A DNA stretch of 63,809 nt, counting the filler, from Lenisia limosa (lineage: Eukaryota > Protista > Breviatea): the NCBI GenBank assembly GCA_001655205.1. It is 21 parts of 21 records of this genome, joined end to end, with 100 filler letters (N's around TTAATTAATTAA, not from the genome) between each part and the next. Parts side by side here need not be neighbours in the genome. Positions count along the whole stretch, not along the records: positions 11,153 to 12,677 come from LPNZ01003059.1; positions 12,778 to 16,844 come from LPNZ01008792.1; positions 16,945 to 31,327 come from LPNZ01005952.1; 18 more parts are not named here. One strand, 5' to 3'. A model generated the notes under the pieces. It saw only the letters and a list, made by a program, of their open reading frames with translations. It searched no databases and was not told the origin of the DNA. The position numbers and the translations under genes are program-made. Positions within the stretch are counted from its first letter, which is position 1, and each line of letters starts with the position of its first letter. Shown piece after piece: positions 12,008 to 23,500 of the stretch.

Positions 12008-12777
12008 GTATGCATACCAACTATACATCAAATTTTATTCACTTTTTTAATAATAATACATTTTTATTGTTTTGCATTTATCTCAATGATAAAGGTAATA
12101 ATGCCCCATGTTGTATTGGTACAGTAAATAATGGTATAAAATTAACATTACTTTTTTTAAAATAAACGGCATAGCTTCAGCATTGAAATAATCGATTCAA
12201 TTTAATTTTTTCAATATCTATTCCTATTTTGAAAATTAGCTATAATATTCTGAATTTACCAAAAAAAAATAACTCAAAAATAATCCAAAATCGACTATAT
12301 GATTAACTTGAATAAACTCCAACCAATCCCAACCAATCCCTTCAGACAAGTGGGTAGCCGAGCCCGCCATCAGTCCCAAAGACTCGGCACGCATTTCTGC
12401 ACGCCTCCAAGGTCTTGCGGCTTACCCCGGTGATGGAGGGTTGATAGAGGTGGGTGGTGTGTGTAGTTTTTTTTTGGGAATTTAAGGTGGATTTTTTGGG
12501 TATTATGGGCATTATGTTGGTATTATGGTATTTTTTGAATTGTAGAAACATGGCTTGTTTAAACATTGTAGAAGGTTTAGTGTATTTCCTGTTTAATTCC
12601 TGTAGAAAGTCATGGAAGATGTCAGCAGATTGATTGGAGAGAATTTACACTCTCTGCTTGTAGACAAGGCAGGAATANNNNNNNNNNNNNNNNNNNNNNN
12701 NNNNNNNNNNNNNNNNNNNNNTTAATTAATTAANNNNNNNNNNNNNNNNNNNNNNNNNNNNNNNNNNNNNNNNNNNN

Positions 12778-13254
12778 CACTATCCACAGCCAGTGCACAT
12801 TCGAATTGGCTGCGGCTCCGGGTCAGCCCTGGCCGCCGTAGTCCCCACCCACCAGCCAAGGTTCCTGATGGTGGGGGTGGGTGGAAGTATCCGCAGGATC
12901 TTTATGCTCCAAGATTCAATATACTACAAAAACTTTATCTGCATGATCCAAATTTCAAAAAGAGACTTTATGATCCAAGTTTCAAGAGAGCCTTTATCTA
13001 AATGATTGAGTGAATTAATATTATACTATAATCCAATATCTCTTATTAACGTGATGGTGTGGACGGCTTCGNNNNNNNNNNNNNNNNNNNNNNNNNNNNN
13101 NNNNNNNNNNNNNNNNNNNNNNNNNNNNNNNNNNNNNNNNNNNNNNNNNNACAGTGGGGCGAGGCTATCGACGAGGCTAATCGACATGAACAAGCATGTG
13201 CCGCGTCTCATATTCTGATATGCCCGGCAACTCATAAACTGGCTGACGCTTTCG
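12778..13254 (+). CDS. Class III nucleotide cyclase homology domain, C-terminal half, degenerate, partial
   Basis: VHIRIGCGSGSALAAVVPTHQPRFLM|WGEAIDEANRHEQACAASHILICPATHKL aligns with the cyclase pattern IRIGIHTGPVVAGVVG..PRY..FGDTVNTASRMES..G.IHIS..T; intron 12871-13154. Confidence 0.65.
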
Positions 13255-13522
13255 TTTGCGATATGTTTGGGGGGCGGAGTTCATGCCTTTCCTTTTGGGT
13301 AAGGTTGTTTTCTCTTTTGGTTTTTCATTTGTTTTTGAGAAATTTTTGAGTAATTTGTGAATCGTTTCTTGTTTCTTAGTGTTCCATAATTTGATGGTTT
13401 AGGTTTCATCCTAGTTCAGTTCTAAAAGGTTCATGGAATTCTATGCTCTGAGTTGGTGGAGCATTTTTGTATATTTTTGTTGTTTGTTCTTGTTTATAAG
13501 GTAGTAATGTCAGGAAATGTTT

Positions 13523-14980
13523 TTGTTTATTTAATGTGTTATACAGCTCTATTTTGAAGTATCATTTGGCTGGCTTTCTGGACAGGAATATTTTGAGATA
13601 ATAGTAGTTGTAAAAAGAAAGGCTTCGAGCAAAGTAGTAAATTTTAGAGTGTCGAAAGAAGTGCACAAAAACAGCCTTAGATATCTTGGAAGCCGTCTTT
13701 GAATATGATGTTGGTCTCCCAGCAGGACTGGCAGGGCTCCTATGGAGTCACAATACGCTTCAAATGTGTAACAAATGCCTTGATCACTATGCTAACGCCA
13801 ACAAAGCAAGTTGGAGGGATATGGGTTGTGGGGGGGTATCAAAATAGGTCTTGTGTGGCGAGATAACAATGTGAAGTCGAGAAAAGTTACAATGTGAAGT
13901 CGATAAGTAAAAAACGGACAATAAATTGCAATGCTGTAGGCAATGAAGGGAAGCACTCACGTAGTAATGCCGATCATCTTCCTCGTCCTGGCTCCTTTTC
14001 TGCTCGACCGCGGTCGGTCCTTCATTTGGACCGGGGAACCGATCATCTTGCGTCGATATATCGCAACACCAGCATTCCGCGGCCGCCACCAAGCCATAAC
14101 CAGAGTTAGACCAGTTAACCCTTTGGTGACTTACTCATAGGGCCGCCGGCTATCGAGCTTGTGTATACATTGGGGTCTGCAGGGGTGAAGGAATGGCGCC
14201 GTAGAATGTCAAATGGCTTTTAGACATTACTTAACATAATGCTTACTTGACACTAAATGCAACAGTTATAATATCACATCAATTTACACTAAGCTCGGTA
14301 AAGCCCCTCATTATCACAATTTACCAAATAAGCAGGAACAGGCTTAAATTGCCCACACGTCACTGAAGGCGAAGGACTGACAAGCTATGTCACAAGATCT
14401 GACATGATTCATGATGATGACGCACTTCCCGGAAAATGCTTTCGGTAAGTGACATTATGTATAGGCTGATCTGTGTCCGTAATGTTGATATTATGAAAAA
14501 ATATCATTATGCATTCCAATCCACTCTCTGTTTTAGTGTCAACTGTTGAAATAATGGTACATCATCATATGGAAAGTTGGTCAAACTTACATTGGTCTAT
14601 TAGCATTACAATTGTTACTTGTTACCAGCACACCCCGCTGTTGTCCACTCCCATGGGCACGGTGGGTGGGTGATCTAGCTAACAAGGCTGTCACAATGTT
14701 GTGCGGTTAGCATAGTGATCAAGGCATTTGTTACACATTTGAAGCGTATTGTGACTCCATAGGAGCCCTGCCAGTCCTGCTGGGAGACCAGCATCATATT
14801 CAAAGACGGCTTCCAAGATATCTAAGGCTGTTTTTTGTGCACTTCTTTCGACACTCTAAAATTTACTACTTTGCTCGAAGCCTTTCTTTTTACAACTACT
14901 ATTATCTCAAAATATTCCTGTCCAGAAAGCCAGCCAAATGATACTTCAAAATAGAGCTGTATAACACATTAAATAAACAA
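13523..14980. repeat. ~275-bp near-perfect inverted repeat (13523-13796 / 14706-14980) around ~900 bp of unique sequence
   Basis: Direct reverse-complement comparison; I saw one substitution and one homopolymer indel in the core; no TSD found. Confidence 0.92.
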
Positions 14981-15059
14981 CAACACAATACATAAGTAAA
15001 TCATATTTATTAATTATATATTGTGTTCATTTCAATGCTGTAACAGTTTGACACGGTAT

Positions 15060-16844
15060 TTATTGAGTCACCTATGAGCTGAAATCGAAGGATACTTGTA
15101 CATGAAGAAACAAAAAACAAAACCATTGGAATAGAAACAGAGATAAAACAAATAATAAACCCTAAACAGAATCGACACATTCCTTAGCTGGAGGTGCAAA
15201 CGTGGAATTGGATAGTGAAATGACCTCCACTCCTGACAGTGCAATATCTTTTGACACTTCAGTTGCTTTGTCTCTGGGGGCGTAAAGGGAGGGGGGAGGG
15301 GAGAGAAAACTAACAAGAGATTTAACAAACTAAACCAGCCGCTGAGGCTTCTGGTCAAAGATTCAGGATGACCCCCCCCCCTTACAAGTTAGTGATCATA
15401 TGATCGTTTATGATGCCAACACACGTATCGACAGCCTAGGACGTGAAACAATGTAAAATAAGTAGGCTGCATTATAAATAAAATAATACAGAGATAAGAA
15501 ATAAAATACTAATTTATTGAAAGAAAAGAATAATACATTGTTTAAAGAAATTGACAACGATAACGCAATGAGATAGAATACGTGCCTCCTCACCTCCTTG
15601 GCGACAATGATTTGAGAAATAGTCTGTTTTGCGTATTTGAGTTCGTCCGAATCATGAACAGCCGACACAAGAAGCTCGGTACTCGCAATCGCCTGGCTCA
15701 CATCTCCTTTCAGACACGACACCGTTATGTTGGAGATGAGGGAGTAGCAGATTCTGGCTCGGTCCTATGAAGAGATGAGTTTCACAATGAATCAAGTAGC
15801 TATAAGGAGAAGAGCGGATGTGGGGTTACTAGGGACTACAGTGATATGACCCTCCACCGTCCAAGACCCCACCTCAACTGCACAAGACCAAATGATACTG
15901 ATGATGATTATGGTGGTGGTGGTGATGGTGATGATAATTGATGATGGTGATGATGATGATGGTGGTGGTGAGATTATAATGTTGTGTTTGCCTATGATGA
16001 AAAAGATGATGTCCGACCTCAACAGAACAAGACGCTTGAGCCACAACGTCCGTTTCTTTGAGCATCGTAAGAAGGTCACTTCTTGAATCGCCATCTTTGG
16101 CCACAGTCACAACATCACGGACCTAGTCTGTCAAGACGACCAAAAATCTGACCAAATCCAAACAGTAAAACAAAAAATAAAAAACATCAAAAAGAAATCA
16201 AAGCAAAACTGCCAAAACAATCAAAAAATAAACATCAAATCAAAGATAAACATCAACTATCAAATTAAAGAGTCAAAGGGAAATATCTGGCTTAGCAGTC
16301 TCAATGGAAGCTCCTACCGTTCGGAGGTTTTTCGAGGCGAAGTGAACACCTTTTGTCACGTGGCCAACTTTCATGCCCAAGTCCCGTCCAAGTTCCTGAA
16401 AAGTGGCGGTGAAATNNNNNNNNNNNNNNNNNNNNNNNNNNNNNNNNNNNNNNNNNNNNNNNNNNNNNNNNNNNNNNNNNNNNNNNNNNNNNNNNNNNNN
16501 NNNNNNNNNNNNNNNNNNNNNNNNNNNNNNNNNNNNNNNNNNNNNNNNNNNNNNNNATTAATGGAAAAGCACAAAATGTTTAAAAATCAACCCACATGAG
16601 CGAATTAAGGTCATACTGATTGTTACAAGTTCTTCACATGCTTGTCAATTCCTCCATCCACTCACCACATTTCTGTCAATTCCGAGCATTGGAGCCAGAA
16701 GGTCCATGCACAACACTGCCATCATGAAGAGCATGTAGATCAGCGTCGCAAACACCACACTGTAAAGGACCAGATAGATGAAGCTTGAGAGGACGTTAAC
16801 TTCGACAAGCTTCGGCAAATGGGCCAAAAGGAAAATGAGGGCCG
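15060..16844 (-). CDS. Multi-exon membrane protein, partial, unknown
   Basis: Hydrophobic exon ALIFLLAHLPKLVEVNVLSSFIYLVLYSVVFATLIYMLFMMAVLCMDLLAPMLGIDRNV|gtgagt, plus further exons (VAKDGDSRSDLLTMLKE.., LKGDVSQAIASTELLVSAV..); joining into a single gene is assumed. Confidence 0.4.
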
Positions 16845-16978
16845 NNNNNNNNNNNNNNNNNNNNNNNNNNNNNNNNNNNNNNNNNNNNTTAATTAATTAA
16901 NNNNNNNNNNNNNNNNNNNNNNNNNNNNNNNNNNNNNNNNNNNNTTTACCAACCCGATGGTATTGACAGCTTCTTGAT

Positions 16979-17072
16979 TAAGGCTTCACTTTGGTTTGAA
17001 AAAAAACCGGTAAAATATCGATAATTTTCAAAGATTTATCTCAGTCTATTTTTGAACCGAAGTGAAGCCGTA
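16979..17072. mobile_element. Family A hAT MITE with perfect 8-bp TSD
   Basis: TTCTTGAT|TAAGGCTTCAC..GTGAAGCCGTA|TTCTTGAT. Confidence 0.9.
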
Positions 17073-17119
17073 TTCTTGATAGAGCACATTTTTATGTGTG
17101 CCTTTCCGCATTATTCCAA

Positions 17120-18703
17120 GAGAGTCCCTCTTCACCTACAATTTAGCCAAGACATTTGACTACTACTCAGTGGCTGACCATAAATCCTGTATTACTGAAG
17201 TATGGGGCTAGTGGATTGGCTTTGTAAATGAGGGTTTCTACACTTGTAACAATCTATTTTTGGTCGACTTTTCCTTTTTTGCTTTTTCTAAGTATGATCA
17301 ATATGAAGGCGCCCGCGATATTTATGGTGATTTTTTGTTCCCTCTGTATTCCCCAAGATTTATTTATGTTTTCTTGTCCTCAAAAAAAATGAAGGTTCCT
17401 TTTTTTATCCCATTAGGAAGAGAAGTATTACGCTCAATTTGCCACACGTCTGTCCACCCCAGTAGGCTTTTATGTTTAACCAACCGAGTTGATTTAGTGA
17501 TTTTTTATTGTTTTTTCGTTTTGCTTCATAAATATCCAATGTCTCTCGCTCTCGCTCCCCCTCCCCCCACATGGAGTGATGGGATGCGGGGTTGCAGAAG
17601 CAATTGGGCTGGACCTGTTTGTTTTCAACAAAGTTGTTGATTTTGTATTTCATTAGTAGTCCAATTATACCCCCATATATAGACCCATATTCTGCCAATA
17701 CTTACCAGTAGACTCAGAATTGCCAGTACTTATCATATATAGACAGGCGCACCTGCCAAAAAGATTGAACTCAACGTGTCAGCCCAAAACAAAGTGATTG
17801 TGGTGAGGGCGTAATAACAACAAAATACTTGTTTTTTTTTTTTCTCTTCCCACTTTGATTAATATATTAATATGCTGGGGAGGCACAGAACGCTGTGTAT
17901 GTAGAGTTATAAAGAATATGATATTGTTCAATATCTCTAAAAGCGTGATGGTGTGGACGGCTTAAAGTGTCTAAATTCCAACAATATTTTCAATATCCGG
18001 GCCCAGCACTGGCCACAGGGTTGGGAATGTTGGAACAAAAAAAGTTCGACGACTTTGCTCCCAGAAAAAGTGTTAAAGGTGTTAATTGAACTGATATTGG
18101 GGAAGTTATGGGCTTAGCTTTGTCAATAATCTGGAGGTGTATACAACCCAGAAAACAGAAGTCTCCGATTTGGAAATAATACACCACACTCTACCACTTT
18201 TGAGTGGTGAAGGAGTGGAACCCCTTACCTTAACTAAACAGAATCATCTGTAATCTTAATCTTAACTAGCCACATCTCCATCAATTTTGGTTAAAAATAA
18301 AAATGCTAATTCAAAGAAAATTCGTTACCCTCCGAGGTTACATTTGGTTTAGCGGCCTACTTTAATTCTCTAGGATCCTTCCAGCAAGAAGAAGAAGTCC
18401 GAGACAAAGGGTGAAGACAAGAAAACAGAAACCAAGAAAGAGAAGGTTGAGAAGAAAGAAAAGAAGGAAAAGAAGGAAAAGAAGGAGAAGGTTGAAAAGA
18501 AAGAAAAGAAAAAGAAGGAAGAAAAGAAAGTGGAAAAGAAAGTGGAAAAGGTGAAGAAAGACAAGACAAAATCTGAGAAAGCAAAGGTGGAAAAGAAGGA
18601 AAAGAAGAAGGTGAAGGAAGAGAAAGAAAAGAAGGAAAAGAAAGAAAAGAAAGAAAAGAAAGAAAAGAAGGATAAGAAGGATAAGAAGAAAGCCACAATG
18701 TAA
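17120..18703 (+). CDS. Multi-exon gene ending in a long Lys/Glu-rich tail, unknown
   Basis: Terminal exon ~18374-18703 encodes DPSSKKKKSETKGEDKK..(KKE)n..KKDKKKATM*; upstream candidate exons include YDQYEGARDIYG, TGAPAKKIELNVSAQNK and LGMLEQKKFDDFAPRK. Confidence 0.5.
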
Positions 18704-18799
18704 AAACTACCTACTCTCTACATTATGCACTAATCAAAAAGGGAAATTGCTACAGCCTCCTAAAAGGATCTAAACATGGTTAATATATCTTTGTATGGA

Positions 18800-20420
18800 A
18801 CAAAAAAAAAATGGCAGATCGAACAAATATCCATGACGTTTTTGAACGTGATGGCTCATATAGCGCCTACCAAAGGCTGGTATCACGTTGGTAGACCTAA
18901 CAGCACTTCTTACAGCACTTCTTGAACTGAAGAGAGAGTAAGAAGAGGAAGAAAGGCCACACATTCCTCGATAAGGAAACCGAAAGAGAATAAGAGTGTA
19001 TTTCCAGCTTACAGGTCGCACAAAGACGTACTTAAACGCCATTTTAGTCTTACTAGAGTGGTTAATACTGCTATACAAAGCGTATAAGCCATTGCGAAAC
19101 AAAAACAACAGTATATCCCAACATACAACCAGCACATATTCATTTTTGACGACCTTTTCTTGTTATTGAACTGAAAATCGGATGAGAGGATGAGAATCGC
19201 TCGCGATTTTTTTCTTTTTTATAACAAGGATCTACAGATCACCTTGCCTTTTAACGAAATAAACAGTCATGTTGTTAACTTTGTATCTGTTAACTTGCAG
19301 CTCGCGCCATTGCTAAAAATCTCAGAAGAGAAGCCAAATACCTCACCGTAAATTGACAATCCACAATGGTATGTTTGCAACTATTTTTCAGAGCTGATTT
19401 GTTCTGTATCTCTAATAATAATAATAACTCGCATATATGCACATATATAAGAATAAACACTCTGAATATGAGCAAGAGCTCAGAGGTCCGACATTTTTGA
19501 CATATGAGAATTGGGGATAGAATATGGCCATTTATTAGGCAATGTCCGCCAAGTATATAGAAGGCAGGCATATCGTATATATATACCTCCAAGTACGAGG
19601 AGCGCATAGTGGTATGAAGAACTGTATGTGGAGCCTTCAAAGCTCCGTTTTGAACTACTCGCAACCGCAACCTCTTCCGTCACAGCTATTCACAACCTTA
19701 TTGATTTTTTGTTTTTTTTGCTGTTGTAGATTTGTGGATTTGCGTCGTGTGTTGTCAGCCAACAGAGTTGATTTGGGTTTTTTTGTTTCATAAATTTTCC
19801 AATTTTACTCCCCCTCCCCCCTCAGCCAAGTGCACCAAGTATCCGCTCTGGTCGGTCCGACCGAAGACGTCTCAACCGCGTCCGAGTGGCCACTCCCGAC
19901 CAGCACAGGTCCAGATTGATTTCACCTCGTAAGGTTACGCCGCCTCTCGGGACCGATGTGGGTAGGGGTATGGAGTTTAAACACAGTTTTTGGGTTGTTG
20001 GTATATATGGTGTTCGTTTTGTGATTAAAGGTGCTGGAGCCATTGATCTTCCAGGTGGTTACGTACTCCCCACCCCAAGCAGATGTGAAGGAAACCTCAA
20101 AGTCTCGAGATATTCTGGTTGGCTTTCTAATATCGTACTGAAATCGGAGCACTTGATTGTTTGCAATCTGTTACTCTATTTGTGCGTTTTTAAGCTCTTT
20201 TGTAATGAACTTTGTCAACATTATCACAAACGAACATATTGTGTTGTGTACATTTATCGAGGAAGACCAAAGGAACACTTTTTTCGCTTACTTGTTTGAT
20301 GTTTAATTTCAACCCAGATTGAAGAGAACATGGTACTTCGACAGTTCTCAATCCGAAGCCAAAAAACCCACAGAATTACAAGGGTCCACAGACTTGGTGT
20401 GCTTTGTGGTTTTCACATAT
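18800..20420 (+). CDS. Short exons, possibly the N-terminal part of the downstream cyclase gene
   Basis: Several GT/AG-bounded open blocks on + (ARAIAKNLRREAKYLT; WYEELYVEPSKLRFELLAT; GAGAIDLPGGY); continuity not established. Confidence 0.3.
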
Positions 20421-20542
20421 GATGATAACACTACCAAGGAATAGTAAATGTAAAAAAATATTGTCACATAAACTGAATAAGAGATAGGACAATGGGCGTG
20501 TGTGAGAAGGGAAGAGAGGGGTATGTATTTTTGACGCTTTAG

Positions 20543-23500
20543 GCCTGTCAGTGGTCAGCCTGCTTCTTCTCGGCTACCTTTTCTTGGCATTTTATCTGAC
20601 TGAGCGCCGTGAGTCGTATCGCCCTGTTGTTGTTGCTTCCCTCAGGTAGGGGGGGGGCTAAGGGAATAATGATTAGAATAAGCACAAAGCTATTGGCCGT
20701 ATGAAGACATTGGTTGAAATGGAGTTGCCCACATTTACGTACAGTCAAAACCCGAAAGTTGTTCTCATGCTTTCAGAGCCTCTCAAACAAGTCGTCTTCT
20801 CAACGAGTTCTTCACCTACCTTGTGGACCCTTCAATGCGAGACGCGTGAGGGGCATCAGTTTTCCAATGATTGTGCTATGCATTTTTGGCTGATATGTAA
20901 TGATTAATATCCTATTATTTAGATTTTCCTTCAAATAAATTATTCTCATGACACCACAGAGTGACAGACCGAATGGAGACCATCAACGCCTACCAGAACG
21001 ACTTACTCGGGGACGATATTGGAGGTTACTCTACTGTATGCCCAAGGGGTGGATTATACGGGGTTGATATATATATATGAAATAATGGAAACGAATATGA
21101 AATTATCATTGCGTTAGAGTTTTATGTCTCATTTTTCAGGTCAATTCCATTTCTTTTATGAGCTAACATGGCCTTAGATGTCAACATATCAACGCTACTT
21201 GATGTTCGAAGTCTCATGTAGTGATGAGCACTGTCTTAATACCTACAAGGGACTTGATCAACTTCTCCGTCTTTGCTTTGTAGGCTTTTTAGAATAAATA
21301 AAAAAAGGTTAATGCTGTTTGTTTTTAATAAAACAACCCAATACTGTCACCATTTCACTTCTTAAGACGAACATTGACATTTCTTTGAACATCCACCCTC
21401 TCCTGACAAACAATACCGCACTGGCAACAAAGTCGAAATGTAGGCCTAAGATCAGTTGTGTTGTGGGTTCCACATTGGAAACTGATTGGAACGGTTATGT
21501 CTTATTCCCGTCTCCAGACTCGGCAGAAGAAGCCGTTGAGTACATGATCCACGAGCTGAAGGAAACGCAGTTGCTCAGTTTGGACGATTATTTATACCAA
21601 GCCCGCATTCGTTATCTAGTGGGTGATGTCCGGCAAATAAATAGTTTCACGAACACAGCCCCATGTTTTCACGCTGACTCCATAGGAAATTGGCGTTATT
21701 GATGACATCTTCCTTGGCTGCTTCCTTATGGGCCTTGTCTTGGTCACTGGTCTGGGGGGAGGGGGGCTGCTCCATATTAAGACATAGACAAAGCAAAGGC
21801 GTACCTTTTGTAAAATATTTTGGAATGAGCAGCTTCTTACCTTTATCTGTCTCTTGAATTAGTCAACGAATTCTTATTTCCCTGTATCAATATCTTTTCC
21901 CATTTACCATCCATAGTTACCATCTTTGTTCCTCTGGTCTTCAACGTGCACCGCGAAAACAAGCTGACATGGACTTTGATGAGCCTTGTGCCCGGTAACG
22001 TTGTGGCGAAGGTCCCGGCACTCCTCACCTTCTTGACCACCGGCAAACTCTCCGACGACGTAATGGACATGTTTGAAGAGGAGCAGGTGGGGCACAATGG
22101 GATTTCCAATCGATAAATAAATTAGTAAGGTGTAAAGCAAAGGATTGGGTGAATTATTATCCAAGTCGGGACTTCAAGATCAAAGAACATTTTAGGCTTA
22201 TTCTATTTAGGCAGCCAAAGTACGAGCTCACTTCCTTGATGTCCTCGAATCGGTCCACGAGTCGGTTTTGGTTGTGGACGCAGCAGGAGCAGTCATGGCC
22301 GCAAATGACCCTGCCTGTGCCATTCTCTGTCGAACTGCACAGGAAATCAAGATGATGAAGGTACTGCTGCCACAAAAAAAAATATGAAATCGAAAATCCG
22401 AGAGAATACTGACTGTCCAGATTAATGAGATTATTCTTTCCGGTGGCGAGGCCTCAAACCCTCTCGCAGCACTCTTCGGGGAGTTGAATCCTCAGAATAT
22501 AGAGGTGCGCTCCGTGTGGATAGTGAACATATTCATGGTGTTTTATGCTCATACCATAACATCAACCGAGCCTCCCAATTCATTTCATTTCTACCTGTTC
22601 TGTAAAACTCTTGCGTGAGAGAGAGAGAGAGCTCACTTTAAAAGTCCCTTCTTCACCTTGTTGCGCCCTCACCCCCTCTCCCCTATAGAATGGCATTGAA
22701 CGAAGCACCTATGCCCTGCGTTCTGATGGCACTGAACTTCCGGTCCAAATCCGAGTCACGTGAGTGGTGGAATGGCCTCAAGTCAAATTGTGCTGTTGTT
22801 TCTGAGGCCAAATGGTGCTGTTGTTTCTTTAATCAATGTAAATACTACATATATAATGTTAAATGCTTTTTTTGAGCGGATGAATTAATACACATTGTAA
22901 AATATCGTTTCTGACTTTTCAGTCCGATGAGAATGGCGAGAGTGGCAGACACCTTCATCGTTCTTGTTCGCGACAAAACCGAGCTCTTCGAGAAACAGCA
23001 GGCACTTGACCTTCAGCTGCAGACCACCAACGCTTTGGCTGAGGAGAAGGCACGGTCTGACCGACTTCTCTATAACATGCTTCCCAAGAGTGTTGCTGAT
23101 CGCTTACGGTATGCTGGGGGTGTACGCTGTTTTTCATCCATGAAGCAACACTAAATGCCTTGGTTTCAACGTTGTTATCGAATTTCTTTTGTATTTTTTT
23201 TTTTTTTTGTGAGTTTTGACCGTTAAGTGCTGGCAAAAAAGTCAGGCCGAAACAGTTCCACAATGTCACGATTTTCTTCTCTGATGTTGTAAGCGAGGTG
23301 TCTCTCAGACCTTTTTTGTTTTATCTTTTTAAACCGCAGATTGTTTGTGAAGCTCTCTTTCACTCTCCAGGTTGGGTTCACTGCAATGTCATCGAAACTG
23401 GTTCCTGAAGCGGTTCTGGGCATGCTCCAGGTAATAAGACGCTCTTATTCTTGTTTTCTTCTGTCTTGATGCGAATTCGAAACAGTTCCTCATTTGTCTG

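Noticed and set aside
18357-18698. Phe/Ser/Leu-rich minus-strand ORFs
   Set aside because: They are antisense shadows of the + strand Lys/Glu-coding exon.
21140-21180. Apparent in-frame TAG in a cyclase exon, suggesting stop-codon reassignment
   Set aside because: The stretch is better read as an intron end (CTAAC..TTAG acceptor at ~21177), and recognisable genes terminate at TAA, TAG and TGA.
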